From the NCBI GenBank assembly GCA_965237955.1, contig OZ250169.1:3360001-3424000 (forward strand): DNA of 64,000 nt, in the 5' to 3' direction. A program made the position numbers and the translations under genes. Below are positions 48,825 to 57,827 of this stretch, piece after piece; position 1 is the first letter of the stretch; every line of letters begins with the position of its first letter. The notes below the pieces were generated by a model that had not been told where the DNA came from, searched no databases, and saw nothing but the letters and a program-made list of their open reading frames with translations. This DNA is from Candidatus Marinacidobacterales bacterium (GTDB taxonomy: Bacteria > Acidobacteriota > Vicinamibacteria > Marinacidobacterales > SMYC01).

Positions 48825-49550
48825 CTAGTAGACCTCTAAAGTCACGTACGTCAACTCACCCTGACGCTCGACCTGCAAAACGATCGGGTCACCAGGATAG
48901 TACCGAGCAATCGCTGCTTTCAGCTCGGTGAGGCTCGAGACGTCGAGTCGATTCACCGAATAGATCACGTCTCCGGGAAGAAGGCCTTGACCTTGCCACG
49001 GTTGCGCTTCGCGTGCCCGCGCGGCGACGATGACGCCTCGGTTTCTGCGAAGGCCGGCGAACATCCCGGCGAGATCGTCGTCGAGGTCGATGCCGAGGAT
49101 TCCCAGTTGAAGCACGAGGTTTTGATCGGGGCGTACCAGGCTCGCGAACCGATCGGGGTGATGACGTCGTGCTGCCACTTCCACCGACAAGACGAGCTTT
49201 TCGGTGCCGCGGAGAACTGCGATCTCGACGCTCTCGCCGACACGCCGTTGATAAATGTTGACGCGTAGCTGGCGTCCGTTCTCCATGACCTTGCCGTCGA
49301 TGGTCGAGACGATGTCGCCTGGTAGGAGCCCCGCGGCCGCGGCCGTTCCGCCGGGAGCGACGTCCGCGAGGATAGCGCCCCAGTCTCGTTCGAGGCCGAG
49401 TCCGCGCGCCATCAAACGGTGTGATCGTCTGCGCATCGATGCCGATCTCTCCGCGGTGCACTCGACCGGTGGCTCGGATCTGTTCGAAAACGTTCTTGAC
49501 GATGTTACTCGGTGCGGCGAAACCCAGGCCCTCGTTCCCTCCCGAGAACT
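48825..49550 (-). pseudogene. HtrA/DegP-like protease C-terminal remnant (two PDZ domains), frameshifted, N-terminus missing
   Basis: GGNEGLGFAAPSN..GEIGI, AGLLPGDIV, GLLPGDVI..LQVER. Confidence 0.85.
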
Positions 49551-49621
49551 GGTTCGAAGAGCTCGAGCGACTCGTCCCGACGGACAACTAGCCAGGGGCG
49601 TCCCCCGTACACGCGGGTGCT

Positions 49622-51862
49622 ATGATGGCGCCCCCGATGCGTTTTTCGATCGTGATTGTCTCCCTCGTCCTCCTGTCGCAGTGTTCGGGGCCGCCGGAGG
49701 CGGTAAACGACGAGCCTCCAACTTACGTGGGGCGAGAAGCGTGCGCGGGCTGCCACGCGGCCGAGACCGAGCTTTGGGAAGGCTCGTACCACGATCTCGC
49801 GATGCAACCCGCGAGTGCGTCCACGGTGCTCGGGGACTTCGACGAGGCGACGTTCGATTATGCGGGTGTGACGTCGACGTTCTTCGAGCGCGACGGCAGC
49901 TACTTCGTTCGCACCGACGGTCCTGACGGCGAGCTCACGGAATACGAAGTCGCCTACACGTTCGGGGTGGAGCCGCTCCAGCAGTACCTGGTGCCTTTCG
50001 AGCGCGGTCGCTACCAGGCACTGAGTATCGCGTGGGACTCGCGACCTACAAACGTTGGCGGGGGGCGGTGGTTTCATCTTTATCCCGACGAACGAATCGA
50101 CCATGAAGACCCTCTTCATTGGACGAAGCGGTATCAGAACTGGAACGTCATGTGCTCCTCGTGTCACTCCACTGGTCTTCGCAAGAACTACGAGCTCGCC
50201 GACGATAGCTACGATACGGAGTTCTTCGAGATCAACGTTTCCTGCGAGGCCTGCCACGGCCCGGGCTCTCGACACGTGCAATGGGCGGAAGCGGGCGCGA
50301 GCGGCGACCCCGGCCTCACGCTTACGCTCCGAAGCGACGAGCCGGTATGGGTCATAGACGTCGCGACCGGGCTCGCCGAGCGGCAGCCCCCGCGGACCGA
50401 GCACGCCGAGATCGAAATGTGTGCCGCGTGCCACTCGCGGCGCGCGCAGTTGTACGAGGACGATGTGCACGGTCAGCCGTTTCTCGACGACTATCGGCCG
50501 GCGCTTCTCAGAGATCCGCTCTACCACGCCGACGGGCAAATCCGAGACGAAGTCTACGTGTACGGATCGTTTCTGCAGAGCAAGATGTATCGCAAAGGTG
50601 TCACCTGTCAGGATTGCCACGATCCTCACGGCCTCCACGTGCGGGCGGAGGGCAACGCCACGTGCGCGTCGTGCCACCTGCCCGAGAAGTTCGATACGGA
50701 GGCGCATCACTTCCACGAGCCGGAAACCCGCGGCTCGTTCTGCGTCGATTGCCACATGCCAGAGACGACGTACATGATTGTCGACCCGCGCCGTGATCAC
50801 AGCTTCCGGATCCCGCGCCCCGACTTGACGAGGTCGATCGGCGCGCCCAACGCGTGCAACGGGTGCCATAGCGAGCAGACCCCCGCATGGGCGGCTGCCG
50901 CAGTCGCAGATTGGTTCGGGCACGAGCCGACGTCCCACTACGGGGTCGCGCTCCACGCTGCGTGGAGCGGTGCACCGGGCGCGATCGATCAGCTGAGGCG
51001 GGTCCTGAACGATCCGGACGTGTCGGGCATCGTCAAGGCTTCGGCCGCCGCCTTGGCACCGACGATGGCGGCTCTTCAAAGTGACGACCCTCTCGTCCGT
51101 ACCGGAGGGCTCGCGGGCGCGGACGGACTCGACCCGACGCTCAAACACCAGCTCGTGATTCCTCTCCTCGACGACGACGTGCGCGCGGTCCGTATCGACG
51201 CCGCTCGGGTGTTGTCGTCCGTTCCGGCCGAGCGCTTCACCCCCGAGCAGCGATCGCTTTTCACGCGCGTCCTCGAAGAGTATCGCGACGTCCAGAAGCT
51301 CAACGCCGATTGGCCCGAGGCCCACATGAACCTTGGAGTCGTCGACGCGCAGCTCGGCGAGCTCGAGCGAGCGGAGCAGGACTACCGGGCGGCGCTCGCT
51401 CTCGATCCCGAGTTTGCGAGCGCGTACGTGAACCTGGCGGACGTGTACCGGGTCATGGGCCAAAACGATCGCAGTGAAGAGATACTGCGGCAAGCGCCTG
51501 ATGATGTCGCCGGCGTTCGTCACGCTCTCGGTCTCACCCTGGTGCGCCTTGGGCGGAACGAGGAAGCGCTCGAAGAGCTCCGGGTGGCTTCTGAGCTCAG
51601 CCCCGACGAGCCGCGCTACGCGTATGTGTACGGGGTTGCGCTCCAGAGTACCGGGGACGTCGAAAATTCTGTTCGGGTGTTACAAAAAGCGAGCGAGCGG
51701 CATCCATATAATGGAGATATTTTGGTAGCGTTGGTCACGACACATCGTGATCGCGGGGCGCTTCGCGACGCGTTACCCTATGCGCGCCGTCTCGCCGAGC
51801 TCAATCCGGCCGATACGTCGGTCCAGCAACTGGTAGCGCAGCTAGAAGCCGCGGTGCGCTGA
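49622..51862 (+). CDS. Exported octaheme c-type cytochrome with HEAT/TPR C-terminus
   Basis: CAGCH, CSSCH, CEACH, CAACH, CQDCH, CASCH, CVDCH, CNGCH. Signal peptide and TPR repeats. Confidence 0.9.
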   Translation: MMAPPMRFSIVIVSLVLLSQCSGPPEAVNDEPPTYVGREACAGCHAAETELWEGSYHDLAMQPASASTVLGDFDEATFDYAGVTSTFFERDGSYFVRTDGPDGELTEYEVAYTFGVEPLQQYLVPFERGRYQALSIAWDSRPTNVGGGRWFHLYPDERIDHEDPLHWTKRYQNWNVMCSSCHSTGLRKNYELADDSYDTEFFEINVSCEACHGPGSRHVQWAEAGASGDPGLTLTLRSDEPVWVIDVATGLAERQPPRTEHAEIEMCAACHSRRAQLYEDDVHGQPFLDDYRPALLRDPLYHADGQIRDEVYVYGSFLQSKMYRKGVTCQDCHDPHGLHVRAEGNATCASCHLPEKFDTEAHHFHEPETRGSFCVDCHMPETTYMIVDPRRDHSFRIPRPDLTRSIGAPNACNGCHSEQTPAWAAAAVADWFGHEPTSHYGVALHAAWSGAPGAIDQLRRVLNDPDVSGIVKASAAALAPTMAALQSDDPLVRTGGLAGADGLDPTLKHQLVIPLLDDDVRAVRIDAARVLSSVPAERFTPEQRSLFTRVLEEYRDVQKLNADWPEAHMNLGVVDAQLGELERAEQDYRAALALDPEFASAYVNLADVYRVMGQNDRSEEILRQAPDDVAGVRHALGLTLVRLGRNEEALEELRVASELSPDEPRYAYVYGVALQSTGDVENSVRVLQKASERHPYNGDILVALVTTHRDRGALRDALPYARRLAELNPADTSVQQLVAQLEAAVR

Positions 51863-51879
51863 GAACGAAAGGAACGGGC

Positions 51880-52176
51880 ATGGCAGATATGCCAGATATT
51901 AATGATAAATTCGGCGACCTCATCGAGACCTTGAAACAGCAACGCGACGAGCTCAAAGTGCGGATGCACCTGGGCTCGCTCGATGCGAAGGATGAGTTCG
52001 AAGCGCTCGAGAAAAAGTGGGAGCATTGGAGTGCCGAGGCGAAAGCGCAAGCCAAACCACTGCGCGAGGTCATGGAAGACTCCGCCAAGAACGTCGGCTC
52101 GGCCCTCGAACTCGTGCTCGGCGAGGTCAAGGAAGGCTACGAGCGGATCAAGAACCAGCTGAAGTCCGAGGACTAG
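51880..52176 (+). CDS. Small conserved-looking coiled-coil hypothetical protein
   Basis: LKQQRDELKVRMHLG..AKDEFEALEKKW, RBS aagga. Confidence 0.8.
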   Translation: MADMPDINDKFGDLIETLKQQRDELKVRMHLGSLDAKDEFEALEKKWEHWSAEAKAQAKPLREVMEDSAKNVGSALELVLGEVKEGYERIKNQLKSED

Positions 52177-52196
52177 AAACGGAAAAAGGCCGGTTC

Positions 52197-53558
52197 ATGC
52201 ATCGATCGCTGTTGCTTGTCGCGCTCCTTGTTTCGCCTGTCGCCGTCAGCGCTCAAGAGGACGACGACAAGCGGAAGCCGACCAGCCGGCAGGAGATCCG
52301 AGAGCGAGAGCGCGAGAAGAAAGCGGAGAACCTCGAGCCCTACGAGGTTTCCGACGCCGAAAAGAGACTCCTGGGTTGGGAGAAAAAGAAGTTCCCGCAG
52401 AACTGGCTCGTCAATGGCTGGCGTGGATTCCGGCCTGTGTTCGGCGGCATGCCTTCGGGCTCGGGAACGGTCATCGGTGGCGGCTATATCCACGGACTCG
52501 AAGCCCAGTACTTCCAGTTTCAGGCCAACGCGCGGTGGTCGACCAAGGGTTACACGACAGCGGACGCCGAGGTCGTCCTCCCGCCACCGCAAATCGGCCG
52601 TCGCGTCGAGCTCAAAGTTCGCGGTGAGTACCGTGACCTGACCGCGCTGAGTTTCTACGGGATTGGCAACGACTCCAGCCTCGAGAACGAGTCGTCCTTC
52701 CTGTTGAACGACCAGAGCGCGACAGCCTACTTCTGGCTCAATCCGCGCGGTCTTTTGTCGCTAGTCCCCTGTATCAGAACAAACTAGATAAAGCAGAGCT
52801 TGCCGAAACCATTCTAAGTGCATGAATCTTATGAATCTTATGGGCTGGCGAAAAGCCTAACTTTGTATAGTAATCAAAGATCCAGGGGACTAGGCGTACA
52901 GGGAGGGTTTCTTACCTCGGACGCCGACCGAGGCACGGACGCGCCGTCGATCGAGGAGGTGTTCACCCCGGAACAGGTGCCGGGCTCGGACGCCCTGCGA
53001 ACGGACTACATCGTGACCGGCGGCTGGATCGAGTTCGACATTCGAGACAAGTGGGCGAGCCCGCCGGTCGGGATCGTGGCGCGGGTTACCGGCGAGCGGT
53101 ATGAAGACACGAAACTAGACGAGTTCGACTTTACCCGTGTCGTCGCCGACATCAAAGGCTACATCCCTCTCGGTACGCGCAATCGCATTCTCGCACTCCG
53201 ATTGCGCACGTCGCACTCGATCGATGACGACGACGACCAAGTGCCCTTCTATTTGATGGAAACTCTCGGCGGTGCCAAAACGATTCGCGGCTACGACGAG
53301 TTTCGATTTCGGGATGCGCGCAACCTCTACGTTTCCGCCGAGTATCGTTGGGAAGTGTGGCCGTTCGTCGACTTCTCACTCTTTTTCGACGCCGGCAAAG
53401 TCTTCGACGATCTCGATGACTTCAATTTCGACAAGATGCATACCGGGTATGGGGTCGGCTTGAGAATCCATACGCCCGGGGGCGTGGCGTTTCGCATGGA
53501 TGTGGCTCACAGTACCGAGGGGTTCAAGCTGCATATCAGTGGGGGGCCGACATTTTGA
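52197..53558 (+). pseudogene. Omp85 (BamA/TamA-like) beta-barrel protein interrupted by a MITE
   Basis: Signal peptide, LGGAKTIRGY motif, FFDAGKV, terminal Phe. The frame is restored by removing 52765-52893. Confidence 0.88.
52765..52889. mobile_element. 125-bp AT-rich MITE with CTAG target duplication
   Basis: ctag|tcccctgtatc ... gatccagggga|ctag (TIR 10/11). Confidence 0.9.
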
Positions 53559-55221
53559 TGCGTGGTACTGGTCTTCTACTTTGGATGGTGCTCTTCGCGA
53601 CTCCTGTCGGAGCTCAGAAGTTCTATCCCGACGATCCGCTCTTGGTGGACGACGACAAGCTCGACGTAGCTAACCAGCCCGCTGAGATCGAGCTTTCCGA
53701 CATGTACGACCGCTTCGGCCACATGTTCAAGGATTGGGGCGCGTCCCCCATGGGGAGTGAGGCGAGAAACGCCAACACACTCGACGAAGTGCCCGACAGC
53801 AGCTGGTTCACGAACCGCCACGGGGCACGGCGTATGAGTATCGACGAGCTCACCCGTGGGCCGAACCGCGGGGCCGGACCGGATCCGAACGAGACGTGGA
53901 CGGTGTTCGCCAGCAAGAGGCAGGGGCTCACGCCCGGATTTCAAATCTACGACGAGAAAGACGACCGCTACGTTATCAAGCTCGACCCGGTCGAAATCTC
54001 CGAGCTCGCCTCGGCGGCCGAGGTCATCGCGACCAAGATTTTCTACGCGCTCGGCTACAACGCTCCGGAGAACTACATCGTCCGCGTGAACCCGGAGCAG
54101 TTCACCATCGAGCCCGGGACCGAGATCGAAGACAGCTTCGGCGACAAGATGCCTCTGTCAGATTGGCGTTTCCGACGCTCGATCCGCCTCGTGCCTCTGC
54201 TCGAGGACGGGACGATGCGTGTCGTCGCGAGCAAGTACTTGTCCGGGATCCCTCTCGGTCCATTCCGGTACTACGAGACGCGGAGCGACGATCCCAACGA
54301 CGTGATCGACACGAGGATCGGCGCGAGCTCCGGGGCTTGAGACTGTTCGCAGCGTGGCTGAACCACGACGACACCCGCGCTCAGAATACGCAAGACTCCT
54401 GGGTAGAAGAAAACGGCAAACACTATGTACGGCACTATCTTCTGGACTATGGTTCCACGTTCGGGAGTGGGTCCGTCGACATGCAACGCGCCGAGTTGGG
54501 GTTCAACTACGCGATAGACTTCAAGGAAATGAAACGGAACCTGTTGGGATTCGGTTTCCGTGTCCCCGAGTACCGCCACGCGAAGTGGCCGCCGTACCCC
54601 GAGTACGAGGCAATAGGTCGATGGGAAGGTGAGCTCTTCGACTGCGAAGGTTGGCGAAACGATTACCCGAACCCCGCGTTCCGGCGGATGACGGCGCGCG
54701 ATGCGTTCTGGGCAGCGAAGATCGTGATGCGGTTCACCCGCGAAGAGCTCCAGGCCATTGTCGAGACCGGCGAATATACCAATCCGGACAATCCGGTGTA
54801 CTTTCTCGAGGTACTCCTCGAGCGCCAGCGGAAATGCGGCCGCTTCGGCATCAACGCCATCAATCCGCTCGACGAGTTTCGTCTCGACAGCGATGTGCTC
54901 GAGTTCACGAATCTTTCGGAGCACTACGGCTTTGTCAACGCCGACACCCGCTACAACGTCTCGCGGTCGAGCTACGACAACGAGCGCGACGAGCGGCGGA
55001 CGCTGAGCGATCCGGTAACGCAGTCGCGGACGCGCATCGAGCTTCCCGATGGCGATGGCAACTTCCTGCTCGTGGAGATCCGCTCGTTGAACGAGGACTA
55101 CCCGCACTGGAGCACGGCCGTCGGCGTCTATCTTCGACCTGAGGGCCCCAAGGGCGCGGGCTACGAAATCGTCGGCATCGACCGCGAGAGTCCGGAAGAA
55201 TCGACGTTCCCGATGAACTAG
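53558..55221 (+). CDS. Exported protein with predicted HipA/PI3K-like kinase fold (frameshift near 54308)
   Basis: Signal peptide, GLTPGF..YVIKLD, AEVIATKI..GYNAP, WLNHDDTRAQN, LLDYGSTFG. TGATG overlap with the Omp85 gene. Confidence 0.65.
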
Positions 55222-55287
55222 TGTCCTCAAGCCGATCTTCCTTTCTCATGCGTTTGTGGTGTAAATTGGCGGGGGAATTGGCGTCGT

Positions 55288-56895
55288 ATGGAAGAACAGG
55301 GAGAATCCCGAAGTCATCACGGTCTCGAGCATCATGGAATCGTCAACGCGAATGCGGTGTGGTGGAACCTGTCCACGCCCGCGCTCTACGAGCATGCGGT
55401 TCAACGGCGCGAGGGGCTCATCGCCTATCGGGGTTCACTCGTGGTCCGTACCGGCCAGTACACGGGACGCTCGCCCGACGACAAGTACATCGTCCGCGAG
55501 CCCGGGAGCGAGAACGATATCTGGTGGAATGCGGCGAAGCCGTTCGAGCCCGAGCACTACGAGAAGCTGAAAGCGCCGCTCACCGCATATCTTCAAGGAC
55601 AAGACCTCTTCGTCCAGGACTGTTACGCGGGCGCACATCCCGACTACCAGATTCCCATTCGAGTGGTGAACACACGCGCGTGGCACAACTTGTTTGCGCG
55701 TAACATGTTCATTCGCGAGCACGATCGCGAAAAGCTCGAATCCCACGTGCCGCTGTTCACCGTGATCGATGCACCGCTGTTCAACGCCGTTCCCGAACAA
55801 GACGGCACCCGCTCCGAGGTGTTCGTCGTCCTCAACTTCGACAAACGTGAAGTCATCATTGGCGGAACCGACTACGCGGGGGAGATCAAGAAATCGATCC
55901 TTACCGTCATGACCTACGTGCTGCCGCCGAAAAACGTGTTGCCGATGCACTGTTCGGCGAACTACGGGAAGGACGAGAACGACCTGGCTATCTTCTTCGG
56001 GCTTTCGGGAACAGGGAAGACGACGCTTTCTGCCGACCCGGAGAGAAAGCTCATCGGCGACGACGAGCACGGCTGGGGCGACAAAGGAGTCTTCAATTTC
56101 GTAGGGGGATGCTACGCAAAAGTGATCCGTCTGTCGAAGGAGGGCGAGCCCGAGATCTACGAGACCACACGGATGTTCGGCACGATCCTCGAAAACGTCG
56201 TCCTCGATTCGAAGAGTCGCCGTTTGGATCTGGATAGCGACGTATTCACCGAGAACACGCGCGCCTCGTACCCGATTAGCCATATCCCGAACGTCGCCGC
56301 AAGCGGCACCGGCGGGCACCCCCAACAAATTCTCATGCTCACCGCGGATGCATTTGGCGTGTTGCCGCCTATCGCCAAGCTCACCCCGGAGCAAGCGATG
56401 TACCATTTCCTCTCGGGCTACACCGCCAAGGTCGCCGGAACCGAGCGCGGAATCACCGAGCCGCAGGCCACCTTCAGCGCGTGCTTCGGTGCTCCGTTCA
56501 TGTCGCGAAAACAGGCCGTCTACGCGAAGATGCTCGGCGACAGCATCGCGAAGCACGACATGAGCGTGTGGCTCGTGAACACCGGCTGGACCGGCGGCGC
56601 CTATGGTGAAGGTGAGAGGATGAAGCTCGGCTATACGCGCAACCTGGTACGTGCCGCGCTGAGCGGTGCTCTCGATGAAGTGGAGACGGTAGAGCATCCG
56701 ATCTTCGGCGTCCACGTCCCACGATCCTGTCCGGACGTGCCTTCCGGCGTGCTCGATCCGCGCTCTACCTGGGCGAACCCCGAGGCCTACGACAAGCAGG
56801 CCCGAAAGCTCGCAAGCATGTTCGACGAGAACTTCGAGCAGTTCCGTGCCGATGTGTCGGAGGAGGTCCGCGCGGCGGCTCCTACGACGGCGTGA
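55288..56895 (+). CDS. pckA: Phosphoenolpyruvate carboxykinase (ATP)
   Basis: [52 protein letters not shown]. Confidence 0.96.
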   Translation: MEEQGESRSHHGLEHHGIVNANAVWWNLSTPALYEHAVQRREGLIAYRGSLVVRTGQYTGRSPDDKYIVREPGSENDIWWNAAKPFEPEHYEKLKAPLTAYLQGQDLFVQDCYAGAHPDYQIPIRVVNTRAWHNLFARNMFIREHDREKLESHVPLFTVIDAPLFNAVPEQDGTRSEVFVVLNFDKREVIIGGTDYAGEIKKSILTVMTYVLPPKNVLPMHCSANYGKDENDLAIFFGLSGTGKTTLSADPERKLIGDDEHGWGDKGVFNFVGGCYAKVIRLSKEGEPEIYETTRMFGTILENVVLDSKSRRLDLDSDVFTENTRASYPISHIPNVAASGTGGHPQQILMLTADAFGVLPPIAKLTPEQAMYHFLSGYTAKVAGTERGITEPQATFSACFGAPFMSRKQAVYAKMLGDSIAKHDMSVWLVNTGWTGGAYGEGERMKLGYTRNLVRAALSGALDEVETVEHPIFGVHVPRSCPDVPSGVLDPRSTWANPEAYDKQARKLASMFDENFEQFRADVSEEVRAAAPTTA

Positions 56896-56930
56896 TCGGC
56901 ATTGGGCATTCGGCATCCGGCATTCGGGAT
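56896..56930 (+). repeat. Heptamer array directly after the pckA stop
   Basis: tcggcat tgggcat tcggcat ccggcat tcgggat. Confidence 0.8.
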
Positions 56931-56980
56931 CTCTTCGTGCACCCTCTTGTCATCGTGCCTTCGTGCAGAGAGTCAGTCGA

Positions 56981-57730
56981 ATGAAGAAGCTTGTCTTGTT
57001 GCGGCATGGGCAGAGTGTTTGGAACAAAGAGAATCGGTTTACCGGGTGGACCGACGTCGATCTTACCGAGCAAGGGGTTTTCGAGGCTCGGGAGGCCGGG
57101 CGAGTTCTGAAGCAGGACGGGTACACGTTCGATATCGCGTACACATCTGTTCTCAAGCGGGCCATCCGGACGCTTTGGCTTGTGCTCGACGAGATGGACA
57201 TGATGTGGATTCCCGTGCGTCGTAACTGGCGTTTGAACGAGCGCCATTATGGAGCGCTTCAAGGCCTCGGCAAGTTGGAGACCGCGGAACAACACGGCAT
57301 GGATCAAGTCAAGATCTGGCGCCGAAGCTACAAGACGACGACGCCGCCGTTGGAGCGCGACGATGAACGGTTCCCGGGCCATGATCCGCGCTACGCGGAT
57401 CTCTCCGAAGCCAATCTGCCCGTGAGCGAATGCTTGAAAGACACCGTCGCGCGGTTTCTACCCTATTGGAAGGAAACGATCGCGCCCGACGTCGCGAGCG
57501 GCAAACGTGTTCTCATCGCCGCCCACGGCAACAGTCTCCGGGCGCTGGTGAAGTACCTCGACGACGTCTCCGACGATGACATCGTCGGACTGAACATTCC
57601 CACGGGTATTCCGCTCGTCTACGAGCTCGACGACGACCTGACCCCGATCCGGAACTACTACTTGGGCGATCCCGACGAAGTAAGAAAAGCTACCGCCGCC
57701 GTCGCATCTCAACTCCACAAGAAAGACTAA
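56981..57730 (+). CDS. gpmA: 2,3-BPG-dependent phosphoglycerate mutase
   Basis: [40 protein letters not shown]. Confidence 0.96.
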   Translation: MKKLVLLRHGQSVWNKENRFTGWTDVDLTEQGVFEAREAGRVLKQDGYTFDIAYTSVLKRAIRTLWLVLDEMDMMWIPVRRNWRLNERHYGALQGLGKLETAEQHGMDQVKIWRRSYKTTTPPLERDDERFPGHDPRYADLSEANLPVSECLKDTVARFLPYWKETIAPDVASGKRVLIAAHGNSLRALVKYLDDVSDDDIVGLNIPTGIPLVYELDDDLTPIRNYYLGDPDEVRKATAAVASQLHKKD

Positions 57731-57732
57731 GA

Positions 57733-57818
57733 AAAAACGCAAAGACGCAAAGGCGCAAGGGCGCAAGGTGAAGCGCCTCCGGCGCCGATTCTCTCTTTGC
57801 GCCCTTGCGTTTGTTTTC
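57733..57818. repeat. Inverted octamer arrays between convergent genes
   Basis: acgcaaag acgcaaag gcgcaagg gcgcaagg ... ctttgcgc ccttgcgt ttgtttt. Same family as 41520-41624. Confidence 0.8.
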
Positions 57819-57827
57819 CGGATCGAG

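Noticed and set aside
49505-51523. 672-aa minus-strand ORF (also 23868-25391, 55435-56916, 54271-55230 and similar)
   Set aside because: Shadow ORFs of well-supported genes in high-GC DNA, with no recognisable motifs.
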